Source of the DNA: Lama guanicoe
Lineage: Eukaryota
DNA length: 64,000 nucleotides
Direction: 5' to 3'
Assembly (NCBI GenBank): GCA_013239625.1
Contig: MU053810.1
Location: 1,809,518 to 1,873,517, forward strand
Of the stretch, positions 38,466 to 50,731 are shown piece by piece (within the stretch, counting starts at the first letter, position 1; every line of letters starts with the position of its first letter). The translations under genes and the position numbers were made by a program. The notes beneath the pieces were generated by a model, which saw only the letters and a list, made by a program, of their open reading frames with translations, was not told where the DNA came from and ran no database searches.

Positions 38466-39394
38466 TGTCTTTGTAGCCAATCAAGAACAGAGGCTACAGT
38501 CCCGGGTGATTGCCCCTTATGTGCATGTGCCCTAATGAGGTCTTCAGACGAACGCAGTAATAAAAGTAATATTTAATTCTAGAAAGATGTAAGGTCAATT
38601 TATTTGGGTATCAGATAGCAAATGAGAGATAGCGGTAAGACTACTGCATTAGCTGAAGGAAACACGTGATATTTACTGCAGAGACATTTCTGTAAGACGA
38701 GAACACCACACCCCCACCAGGTTTACTGGATAATTAAAAGATCAAAAATATTAACTAGGAAAGTGAAATAGAAACTTTGGAGAGAACTGTTATTTATGTA
38801 ATTTAAAAAGTTGCTATTATTTTATAGGAAATAGTGACCAGCTGTTCTCACCTCAAAGAAGAGAGAATTACCTACATCTCTTGGATTTTATTCGGGAAGA
38901 GGGAGTTGGGTAGAAAGGCACACAACGTTAATTTTTTAAAAATTTTCCTGCTTATGCAGTTTTTAAAAAAAGGGTCATGGTACCCTTCTCTTCTGTATAA
39001 AAAGCACTCATAAAAAGAAGCTACTGAATCATACAAAGGAAAGTAATTTCTGCATCTTAAGTAGGATTGGGTGGGGCAGGATACTGTCAGGATTAATAAC
39101 GCATAATTATTCACCTTGTCACCCATAATCCAGATAACGTTAAAAGCTTTAAGTTGCTTAATTCAGATTTTTTCCCCCTAAAGCATTTATAAATGATTAC
39201 CTGACTTTGATCAGAGAAAAGCTCAAGGTTCAGAGCTGGATTGTTTGCATTCATGTTTGTCACTCATTTAAAAAGGAAATCAGATAAACTAGCTAATTTT
39301 CATCTTATTTCCCAGCTGTATTTCCCAGTGTAACTCAGTCTCCCAGATCTTTGCAATTGGTAGCAACCAAATAAGATCACAGATAACATATTTT

Positions 39395-40165
39395 GTAACT
39401 TAAAAAAAAATTAAAGTACTTCAGATATATAGGAAAGTAATGTAGAAGCTAATTTAATGAAGGGTCTTATGCCTGACACCTGATTTTATAAATGCTTGAT
39501 AATTTTATGACATTTATCTCAGATTATTTTAAGCAATAAATAAATAAATAAATAAAGCCCCCTCTGTATCCCACTAAAATCTTTTTCTCCTCTTTCCCTG
39601 CCCAGAAGTAACTGTTATCTTGCATTTGCATTGATCACTACTGTAATTATTTTTTATAATTTTGATATATATGTAGATAACCATTGAAAAATATAGTAGT
39701 ATTTTCATATAAATGCTATCACATTTCAACATGCTTTTTCTGGTTAACTATTAAGTGTTTAAAATTGATCAAAGCTGATATGTGTACATTTAATTCATTC
39801 ATTTACCTGCTGTACCGTATTTCTTTATATGATAGAGCACCGTGTATCCATCCACAGTCTTGTCTTCAGTAATCTAGCTTGCTCCTAATTTTTCTCTATT
39901 ACAAATATCCATTGTGCCCTGGATGAGGGCTTCTCTGTGATATATGTCAAAAATGGTTGGGTCCCAGGGCCACTAGCACCTTCAATTTCACTCAGTGTTT
40001 CTAATTGGCTCTTGACACTGGTTTAATAATGTTGCATTCTCTCCAGCGCTGGACAGGAAACCCCAGTTCCTCACGATCTGATCCTCACTTGGTATTACAG
40101 ATTTTTAAACTTTGCCATTCTGATGGTTATAAAACTCTCCTTCCTTCTCTTCTGAGGATTAGTGT
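39395..40165 (-). mobile_element. Old L1ME-like 3' fragments
   Basis: Reverse L1M 3' motifs: CCCTGCCCAGAAGTAACTGTTATCTTG, TAATTCATTCATTT...CTGTACCGTATT, TTTTAAACTTTGCCATTCTGATGG. Confidence 0.65.
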
Positions 40166-40544
40166 TAAAGATTCCTTCTTTTTTTGAGCGACTTGTAGGA
40201 TCTTGAAATTTTCACATTTTGAATATATATCATGAAAACAGAAATAAAAGTCTAGTCCCTTTTCTTTTAAATTCCATCATGAACTCCGTCTTTTTTTTTT
40301 TTTTTTGGCCCAACTTTGGTTAAATTTCCAACTAGTACTAGACTTGCCAGATACAATGAGTCCAAATCTTGGTTCCACCAGTTATTAACTGTATTGCTTT
40401 GGGCAGGTCCCTCAACTTTCCTCTGCCACATTTTCTATGACTGTAAAATGTGACCTTTATAATCTTTGCAGTCCCTCTTCCTTAACATTCTGTGTGTCAC
40501 GATTTTCTGCAGTGGTGGTCTCCTCTTATACATTTGGTTTCTAC

Positions 40545-40727
40545 TTTTATTGTGAAGTAATTGACCGTAACATTGTATTTAGTTTAACCTGAGCAACATA
40601 ATGATTTGATAAACGTATATATTACAAAATGATCACCACAATACGTTTAGTTAATATCCATCAACTCATGTAGTCACATTTCTTTTCCTGTGATGAGAAC
40701 CTTTATGATCTACTCTCTTAGCAACTC
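40545..40727 (-). mobile_element. L1MA9-like 3' end
   Basis: AAAATGATCACCACAATACGTTTAGTTAATATCCATCAACTCATGTAG...GTGATGAGAACCTTTATGATCTACTCTCTTAGCAACT. Confidence 0.8.
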
Positions 40728-42277
40728 TATAATTAATTTAAATGGATGAGAAATTTTGGATTCCAAGTTTACTAAGATAGATGCTCAAATCCCAGAGCAT
40801 TAGCCCGAGAGGGATTCCCCTCCTCAGATGCAGAGGCTCCGAGGAAGGAAAATTGTGCTTGTAACGCTTGAGCTAAGTAAAGTCTGGGAAATGCTCCCAA
40901 ATCTCCCCGGGGATGACAGGCTTGTTGTCTGGGCTACAGCCAGTGGCCAAGGAGATAAACACAGAAACTACCCTAGAACCAGTTAAGCTGTAAAACATTT
41001 AATGCATCCTTGACTCCTGAGGGTTCCTGAGTCCTGCTCCAGGCCCCAAGGAGGGTAAAGTCTCCATTAACTTGAGCCACCTGTGACGTGTGCAGTAATT
41101 ACTGCCCATACTCTGCCCCACATCTTGTTGCTACTGTCCACCCTACTCTTTATTCTTGAAAACATTTTCTATTGATACTACTTACCAATCAAAATTAAGC
41201 ACAAGTCCTGTTGTCCACACGTGCTCACTCCTGACTTTCAAGTCCTGAAATGGAACCACTGACAAATAAAGAAACCCTCTTATTTCCTATTTATTGGGAA
41301 ATATTGCCGGGTATAAGGGTTTGTATAACTTGCCACGGTTTCAGTCATACTTTATTGAACAAAGTAATTCAGTGCCTGAAGTGTTTTCTTCAGTGGACCA
41401 GCTCTGTAGGTCATTAAAAAAATGCCTAAGATTTGGTGCCACCCTCATGGACCTTACCACAGCTAACCCCCTTGGGACAGGGGACAAGTAAGCAAAAACT
41501 GTGTGAGAGTGATGTGTTTTCAAAATATGCTGTGAGGAGGAAAGTTCTATGTCAACCTGATGTCATCACAGAGGCTTTGTCCACAAGGAGCATATGAAGG
41601 ATGGGTCAGCACTGAATAGCCCGAAAAGTAAAAGAAAGACAAAGGCATAGATATGAAGATAAGAATTAATTTGGTTCTAAGGAATAGTAAACTTTAAAAA
41701 AAAGGAGTAATTTGGCTGGCAAGTAGGTTGCATATTAAGACACTGAGTGAGGAAACAGGAGAGTCTTTGGTCTTTAGGGAACCCCGACTCCAATGATAAA
41801 GCACCATCCAATTATGAAGCTAGTAGCTAATGTTCCACCAGTGGTAATGCCACTAAAAACAAAGATGGAGCTCAAAGCATGAGTCTTTATTGAATTCTGA
41901 AAGCTATCAAAGTAAGCCACCTGCTGTAAGAAAAATTGCAGTGGACACTGAGTACAACTGCAGCCATTTCTTTCCTTCCTGCCCAGAGTACCTGGATGCC
42001 AGACCAGCAAGAGGAAAAATGGTTAAGCGATGTTTCTGAAACATTGATATCATCGAACCATGGTCTGTCATTAGATTAAGAGTTCCTTAGGGTCAGAGGC
42101 CATATCTTACAAGTTTTCCATTTCCTAGTCAGACAGAAATGGTGACGGAAGATGATGAATGGCCAAGGATGGTGAGTCTGCCGTCCCCTCCCAGCTGTCA
42201 GCTGTCATCCCTCAGAATGTGAAGAGCTAGCAGCTTCCTCTCCACCTACCTTCCTTCTCATTTTAAATCAGGACTAT

Positions 42278-42360
42278 ATTTGTATATATTTATCTGAATC
42301 ACTTTGATGTATGTCTGAAACTGACACAACATTGTAAATCAACTATACTTCAATAAAAAA
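42278..42360 (+). mobile_element. Short cetartiodactyl-type L1 3' tail
   Basis: CTGAATCACTTTGATGTATGTCTGAAACTGACACAACATTGTAAATCAACTATACTTCAATAAAAAA. Confidence 0.85.
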
Positions 42361-45300
42361 TATTTTCAGAGACACTTGGATATGACTCTGGATCCCCAAA
42401 GAGAGCTCTGAGCTTGGTGGATAAATCTGGAAGCTATGAAAATGAATATTTTTACCCCCAAAGAGACAATGGAGCAAGAAGACGAAGAGGCTCAATGTTA
42501 ATGATTGAGAAATTCCAGTTCAGGCAATGGAGCCACACACAGTGTAGACATAGGGAGAATGTTCAGAAAGACAGGAAGGAAACCAGGCCAGGGTGATGTT
42601 TACAGAAGTCAGAGAAGAGAAGAAGTGAAGAAAGAAAGAAAGAAGGAACACATATGCTTGAACTCAGCAGGCTTCTTGCCAGCTCCACTGAATGGACCAC
42701 ATTCTAGAACAAATAACAACATAGTTTCCTACTGGGTTAAAATTACCAGCAGGGTTTTAGTCAGACTCTGAAATTTGCTTTTGTACAAGTAAGGAAATAT
42801 TTAAATATTGTAAACTTCTAGGGGGAAAAAAATTGGAAAACCCAATAAACTTGACAGCTGTGACACTTACAGGCCGAGCAGGATACATTCCTAATAGGAC
42901 CAGCATGCAGGGAAGAGAAAAGGTGTAAAACCAACAGCGTGTCTGCACACTCTCCTTGTCCACAACAATCAGTCATTTTGCCATTTCACCCACTTGCTTT
43001 TAAGGAGAAGGACAGTCTTATGGGAAAATTAACAACCAAGATACGATACGTCTTTTCCCTATGTGTAAATCAAGGAAGAATGCTGTTGACAAGTAGAAAT
43101 TTCTTTTTCAAATTGTATTCATGAAAGCGAGTTTTGTAAACGATGGCTGCCTGGGTGGTATTCCAGGACAAGCACAAGCTGGCTGTGCTTATTGGAAGTG
43201 AACATTGCAATTTGCTTAAAATATTCCTCCATCCCAGTGTGCCTTACTCACCCTCAGTCCAGCTCCTGCCCAGTCAGGATACCAGGATTTCACCCCACCC
43301 TCCTGATCACCTTTCTTTTGATGGGCACAAAGCTCTGGACATAAAACAAGAACATCTAGCATCTTTGTTCTTTAAGAGGTCCTGGGATGCTCTCTGTGGA
43401 TAATCACCAGCTGTGGAAGGAAATTATAACACGTAACATGTACTGTTTCATCAGCAAACTCGGGGGTGTGGGGTTCATCTCTTCGAGGGAGGTAAATATT
43501 AAAACCACTTTTATATGGATTCTTCCAAATTCCTGAAGCTCAGGAGAATATACCATCAACATGAAATCCTCCACGTTTGATATAAAAAGCCAACCCAAGG
43601 CTTTGAGGAGGGGGTCGTGCTTATAAACAGGTGAAGCCTCCTTCAGCCCGGTTGTCTCTGACATATTCCAAGGAGGATGGTAAAGTCTTGACAGCATTTA
43701 GATGGAGAAATGCAGGGAAACAAGCTGAAATCAAAAAAATATTCAGAGAGGTGAGTGTAAAAGATTCCAGGAAGGCCATGGGAAAGTGTACACGTTTTTT
43801 TTTTTTTTTCCAGAAGATTGATTTGCATTTTGGAAAAGTCTTCTAATCGCCCAGAGTTTATGCAAATCCAAGTTCTGGATGTTTTCGAGGTCTGCCCTAT
43901 CAATCGTAACACACAATGGAGAGAACTAATTATCTCACAACTGTGCAGCTGCATGCAACCTTCAGATTAATCTCAGAGTTCAAAGATAGAAGCACATGTG
44001 TAAGGCAGAAGCCATGCCAAATATGTACTTTGGAGCATTAGGAAATATTTGGTTTGATGAAAGAGTCTTCTTCAATAATAATTTTCCATCTCTCCACCAT
44101 GGCAATGGGATTAATATATATTAGTCTGTCGACTAGGTTGCTGTTTTTCATTGTATTTGTTATTTTTCCATTTGGGGCTTAATAGACAGGAAATTGCAGC
44201 TTTTTTGGAGCTTTTGTAGATTTTGTAAATCCCAAATGGAAGAGACTCAAAAAAACAAATCCAAATAAGGTGCTTCTGCTCTAGTCAATTGAAATTTATT
44301 ATTCCCTTTTCAAGAGAACTGAGCGTAACACTACACAATTCAATTTGCTGAAACTTGTCTCTTAATTTTTCAGCGAAATAGCTGAGGTTTGGACACAGAT
44401 TTTTAAGACATCAAGTGTTTGTCAGTATCATACTTGAAGCAATTTTTCTAGAGGCCTTGGAAAGACAGCTTGGATCTCGGGGGCTTGGAAGAGCCCAAAG
44501 TCAAAGAGGCTCAAACACCCACTGTGACTCTGAAAGAAGCCTAGCTTTGTGACACTGGCATTTTCTTACTGAAATCCAGCCTTTGATCAGAAGAACATAA
44601 AAACATTCCACTTGGAAATGATCTACTTAAAACTGTCCACAGCAAAAATGGCTGGAAAAAAATACAGCAAAAACTAAAAAAGAGTTGTCATTTGTCACTG
44701 GTACAACTATATGTGTCTTGATTCTTCTTCTAATTTTTCTTCCTTTTTATAAATTGTCCACAATGAGAATGGAATGGTGTTGCATCAAAATAAAACTAAA
44801 TATTTTTAAATGTTCCAACTAAATGTTACCTCACATCTAACAGGATGCCAGCTCCTTTATGAAGTGAACATACTAGCTTAAAAAGTGCCCAGAATGTATA
44901 AGTGAATTTTTGAACTCTATAGTCCTCCTGGAAATGTTTATTTATTGTTAGAGAACAGGGAAGTCTATGTCCCCCTGATTTTTAGTCTTTGGAGTAAGAG
45001 ATTTTTCTGTTTTCATATTCCAATCATATGATCTTTCCCCTTTACCTTACAAGCTGAAAACATGGTCCAGAGTTAGTGATTTGTTTTCTTGAATATGAAT
45101 CAACCATTGCTACTTCCCAGCACATAAAGACACCAAGTTGTAGGGTTAGATCCAGGACAGTCGTCAGGGGAGAGGCAAGACTGGTCTTCCTGGACTCGAC
45201 TGAATCCAGATGTTATTGTGTACAGTGAGCCATTGGAAGAGACATGAGCGAAGATTAAAAACTCTGTTCTGGAAAGCAACAGCCATCATCAATAGTAGAA

Positions 45301-45459
45301 GTCAGAGACAAGAGCAGCTCTGTAAACAAAAGCCAAAAAGATGGGCAGACTTCTGGACTTTCTCCCAGCTGCAAAGGATGATGGGACAGCAGGTTTAATG
45401 CCTGTATCCACAGTCACTACGTCAACAAGTGCTGAACAAACAAAGCATGGCCACGAATC

Positions 45460-45690
45460 CATCTGCCATATTTGGGGCCCTCTTCTCTATGCCAAGCATG
45501 GTGTTAAATGTTTCCCACTCTTTATCTCATTTAGTACACACAACTCTGCAGTGGGTGGTAGAACCCTTCTTTTCCAGGGAAACCTGAAGCTCGTGGTGGG
45601 GAGCTAAAATAAATTCCTCAAGATCATGCATCTAGGAAATAGCAGAGCTGGAGTTGGAACCCAGGTGGATGCAACTTCAAAGCCAGCACC
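45460..45690 (-). mobile_element. MIR SINE
   Basis: CTATGCCAAGCATGGTGTTAAATGTTT...TTATCTCATTTAGTACACAC...CAAGATCATGCATCTAGGAAATAGCAGAGCTGGAGTTGGAACCCAGG. Confidence 0.75.
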
Positions 45691-46421
45691 CTTCGGTGTT
45701 ACAATGTGGTGCCTCCTAACTGCAGTTTCACAAGAGAACATATGTCTAGCTCCTTGCAGCTTCATGGCGTCATCTCATGTGTCCTCACACCAGCACTGTG
45801 ATGTAGGTAGAGAAGATATCACTTCTCTCCTAGACAGAAGAGCACAAAGAGCAGAGAGAAGGAGTGCCTTGCCCACGGCAAGAGAATAGGATTCCTGCCT
45901 TTTTTTACCCTCTTAATCCATAATGCATTGTCTGCAGTTTCTCATTTCACCAGTAAAATGTCTTTGTGTGGCAGTGAAAGCTATATGTTTTCTGCCAACT
46001 GAGCAGGAAGAATAAAAACACAGGCAGAACAGAGTCAAAATGTTAATAATCCCACCAAGACATGGGATTAACCTCTCCCTGTAAAGACACAAAATACGCT
46101 AACTCTGACCACCATAAGGACCTAGATTTGCATCTTATCTCAAGTGTGGATTTCATTAGTTACTTTATCTCCGGCTTTTCCATGAAAATCTTGAGCCTAT
46201 ATTTTATGAGCAACAAAATCTGTTAGATGCTTGTGATGAATTTCTGTTTAGCTTTCAGTCCCACCATCACGACGACAGAAGCCTTCTCTTGAGCTATAAC
46301 TGCAACCGATTTTTCTACATGTTTGAACCCAAGTACTTTTTGATTGAATACTCTCTCCTTCAGACTTGATTCGAAGGAAGACTTCAGAGTTGGATGGGTT
46401 AAGGTTCTACATTGACCATTT

Positions 46422-46730
46422 ACTGCCACGAGAGTGCTGGAAAACAACCATCCCAAAAGCCCAGTGGCTTCCAGCAATAGGCTGTTATTCCCATGCTCAG
46501 AACGCAGCGGGTTGGCTGTGGTTCTGTTGATCCGGGTGGGCTTGGCTGGGCAGCTCTGCTTCAGGCTGTGGGTTGGCTGGTCTTGGTACCAGGTCAGTCT
46601 CCGAGGATTAGATTCCAGATCTACACTGTGTAGGTTTACTCTGGAGACAAGGCTAAGAGGGCAGCCAATCCCTAAGATCAGAAGGCCCTCCAGGGAGCAG
46701 TGAAGGCATGTTTGCATGTTTCAAATGTCT
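46422..46730 (-). mobile_element. MLT1 (J/K-like) MaLR LTR fragment
   Basis: GGAAAACAACCATCCCAAAAGCCCAGTGGCTT...GGGTTGGCTGTGGTTCTGTTGATCCGGGTGGGCTTGGCTGGGCAGCTCTGCTTCAGGCTG. Confidence 0.7.
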
Positions 46731-49147
46731 CCAGGCTGGGTCTGCAAGGATTCCCTGAAGGCTTGGGTTTTGAGGTATAAAAATGCCGGTAACAGTGCCT
46801 GAATCACAGGCATGCTTTTGTTGGGGCCACTGGGGAGATGGAGGGATGGAGAGGGACTGTAACACCCGCCAGAGCCAATAAGTTGCTCCTTCACTATCCT
46901 CAAGCTACAGCATACTTTTGGACTTTGGAATGGAATAGTTACAAAACACATGGCTAAATAACAAATAGGTTTGGGTGATAAAGCATGATATATACAGTTA
47001 TACCAAACCCAGGTCTAAACCCAGCCCTATGACAAATAAGTGTAAAGGATGCTAGTCTCCTTTTTTGCCCTAAAATTCTAATTTCCATGGAAGCAATCAT
47101 GAGCCATCTCTAGCAGACAGAAAAAAATTAATAAATAAAATATTGTCAAGTTGGACCCCTATTTCCAAACTGATTAGAATGTCAAAGACAAAAAAATTAT
47201 TGTTAGTGATATTTTTTCCCCCATTGAAATCCTCTGCTGTGATTATGTTTCATTTTGCATAATGAAAGGACAACATCTAGCCTAGTGGTCTAGGTTTACA
47301 GTCGCATGTTTCAAATACTGGCATTCATAATTTATGATCACCAGATTTACACTACTTCATTTGAGTAGACAGAAAATGCTTCTCATTAAAAATAAATTCC
47401 TAAGCCATGAAAATTTTATCTTTTCTTTTTCCATGTTGACTTCCTCATAGTCATTGGCTAAATATCACTGCAAAAACCAATGTTGAGTTCTGATACATTT
47501 TTATGTCTTTATACTAAATTCTAAATACACATCCTATGTCTGGGAATATTATGACATGAACAAAAACCTGAAATACAAAATGAAGCTATTTCAGATGTCT
47601 AACAAGGAACCATGAACATCCAAACACCCTATTAAATCTCAGTAAATTATACTTCAATTTTGTTCTAGATTTGAAAACCTTGCTTGCTGATTTGAGCTGA
47701 AATTACACCCAGCCCCACCTTAGACTGTCCATCTTCCACTGAAAGCAACCTGGTGGTCTGTCTGTTTTGACCCCTTTGGATGCACAGTTGTGTGGGACCA
47801 CTCCTCCAACTTTGCCCCTCCGAGACAGTCCTTCCTTTTGCATGTTCTTAGTTTATCCAACAGAGACCTTGGACCTGTAACCCCAAGCCTTATAATGTAC
47901 CCCAGCTTCTCGTGAAGATATAGACCTACCTGGGCTTAGCCATCCAGGGAAGGTCCTTTTTTGCTGAGAGGGGATTCTGGGAGCTGAGGCATCATCACAG
48001 ATACTGGCCAAGTAGGGCTGTTTGGCTTAATTGCCACTTTCAATGAGATCACCTTTAATTTTACGTCTTTATATGAGAGTTCCCTATATCATCTCATTTA
48101 TAAATGAGATTCTCCTAGTCTTAAATGCCTTTTGAAAAACACTGCTTTATAACCAGCTCAGAAAATAGGAGGCAATGACTACATTTTCTGATGTGCTTTT
48201 TTTTGGTTCCTAGGAAGTTTACTTTCCAGATCTATCTGGATACATCTACCCACAATCTTCAATTTTTAATCTAGCTGCCTATCTATGCAGACTCAGTGAT
48301 CTGCCAGTAGTCACTCAGTCTGTGTCCTTCTCGAGCCAAGTTATTTCACTGCAGAAATTTTGTAAGAGGCAACCTGGTTATTGGGGAGATCACACCATTT
48401 CATCTTCTCTCAGCATCTGCCTGTGGGCTCACCTATCGCTCCTCTGTGCACTTTTGATCAGCACCCAGAGATCAACATTGCCACCAGTGCTGACAGGCAT
48501 CTCACAGCTATAGGGAAGGAGACTGCAAACGTCTTTTGTTCTTCACATTTATACTTTGAGGAGCCTTCATATAACTTTAGTAGGTATTTATGTGTGCACG
48601 TTGATGGTATCCAAGGACACGCTTCACCACGGTGCTTTAATACACTCGGTCAGGACAAAGCCTCCTCTGTTGTAGCACAAAGGAAGGTGATAAGTAAAAA
48701 TACCCTTTGTCACCGGAGAACTTGATTTCTCAAGGAGCTGTTCTGTTCATTAATTCACGTAGTATTCACAAACACTTTGGTATGAATATAAATACTACAA
48801 ATGCAAAGGAAATGGTTAAACTGTGAAAAGAAGCGGTTTTTAGAGCAGATGACTCCAGCCCGTTCTATCTTTTAACCATCAGTGGGTTAGTTCTCTGCTT
48901 CACAGGCCGGCCTGGATCCAACTGCCCTGACTGTGAGCTTAGCCGTGGGGTCTCCTACCATTTGTCTGTTGCTCTTCTTGAGATTTTAGATCAGTTGGGA
49001 GTCAAATAAAATGCCATTTCTTTCGCTAGATGTCCTTCGTGTAAGTTGAAGTTGCCATAACTGAATTGTTTGAAGCGCCAATCCCCCTGTGACCCTAGGT
49101 CTGCTCTTTAAAGCTGGTTCTGTAGTTTAGTTATTTGAGAGTATTAT

Positions 49148-49478
49148 CAGTTATCAAGCCTTACTGCTCACCCTTCAGGTCTCAGCTCAAATGTCACTTC
49201 CCCGCAAACATTCCCGAACTATCCCGCCTGCATCTGGTCACCAGGCAACATCCACATGCATAGCACTGCAATTTCTTTTACTCCACATCCTGCAGCTTTA
49301 ATGACCCATTTCTTTCTTCCTTCATAAACTACAAATTCCTTAATAAACTCTGACTTAATAAACTTCAAACTATAATAAACTAGAGAATGCTTCGTTCACT
49401 AGCCACAACCTCAGGCCTAACACAATAGCCGGGACATCCCTGATCCAACACAGATTTTGATGCATGTGAATAAATGCA
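49148..49478 (+). mobile_element. L2 3' end
   Basis: CCCTTCAGGTCTCAGCTCAAATGTCACTTCC...CCTAACACAATAGCCGGGACAT...TGAATAAATG. Confidence 0.7.
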
Positions 49479-50136
49479 GACCAGCACAGTAGCCGCTAAG
49501 GATGCCACGTTCTAGAAGCCACCTCGGGGAGTTCCTGGTCTAGCCGGACACACGGGACGGATAAATATAAACTAAAACAATATTAAGATGAAATAAAGGA
49601 TAATCAAATGTGTAATAGCTTTTAAAAATGCTGTCTTTTTTGTGACGTTTACAAGGATTTAGGGGAGTGAGGACTGTGGCTTGGGATGGCCCAGCAGCCA
49701 GAGGAATGAAGCCACTTGTCAGCTGGCTGGAGAGGGAGTCATCTGCATAGGGGAGATGCTGTGAGCCACAGTGAGGGGGCTCACCCAGCATGGATGCTGG
49801 GGCACGTCTGCAAGTTTCCATTTTATCCCATAGGATATGGAATACCATATTCTCTCCCTCTTTTTGAAACTATTTTTTTTCTTTTTTTAACCAGATGTGG
49901 TCATTCCAAAAGCAAAATCTATGGGAACATTTAAGATTTCCATACATAGAGGTGGAAACAGTGAAAGAAAGGAGCCCACTTTTGTAACCTACCAGGTGCC
50001 ATGTGGAGGACCACAGTGACTGTGGGCCGGGGAGGAGAAGCTCCCTCCCACCCTCCGGGGCCCTGTGGCCGGGCCTGAGGATTAATCTGACATGGGACAG
50101 ATGAGCAGGAGAAAAGCACACAGGTTTTATTTGATG

Positions 50137-50341
50137 CTGCTCACCCTTGAACAAAGCAGGTCTGAACTGCACGGGTCCACTGGGATGCAGATTTTTTTGG
50201 ATAGTAGATACAGGATCTGCAGTTGGCTGACCCCTCTGATGGGGAAAGGTAGACATGGAGGGCCAACTGTCAGTTATCAGAGGACTTTCAACTGCACAGA
50301 GGGGAGGTACCCCAACCCCTATGTTGATCAAAGGTCAACTG
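50137..50341 (+). mobile_element. Tigger2-derived MITE (TcMar-Tigger)
   Basis: Terminal inverted repeats CTGCTCACCCTTGAACAA / TTGATCAAAGGTCAACTG followed by TA. Internal GAACTGCACGGGTCCACT is typical of Tigger2. Confidence 0.85.
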
Positions 50342-50609
50342 TATTTTTACGTGCACACATGAGTCTTCATGAGGAAAGTGAAGATCTGAAGAAGCAGGTA
50401 GGACCAAGAGATTATATACTTTTAAACAAACAATAAATGTATAAAGTGACAAGACCAAGAAGCTCAAACTAGGGCAGTGAATTGTGGGACAGTGACCAGC
50501 AGATACACGGGGGAAAGTAACAGAAGGTCAGGGTTGTTTAAGTTGGTTGGTTCGTACAGGTGCACTTTGGCATTGACTCCAAGTCTCTAGTGATAAGAAT
50601 GTTCTTCTT

Positions 50610-50731
50610 GGGAGAGGGTATAGCTCAGAGGTAGAGCACATGCTTATCATACATGAGGTCCTGGGTTCAATCCCCAGAACCTCCTCTAAGAATAAGTAAA
50701 TAAGATAACCTAATTAGCTCCCCCTACCAAA
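50610..50731 (+). mobile_element. tRNA-derived SINE (camelid Vic-1-like)
   Basis: GGGAGAGGGTATAGCTCAGAGGTAGAGCACATGCTTATCATACATGAGGTCCTGGGTTCAATCCCCAG. TSD AAGAATGTTCTTCT / AAAAGTGTTCTTCT. Confidence 0.9.

Noticed and set aside
49323..49382. Repeated TAATAAACT motifs with short spacers
   Set aside because: Short and irregular, and inside an L2 remnant. Local slippage, not a CRISPR-like array.
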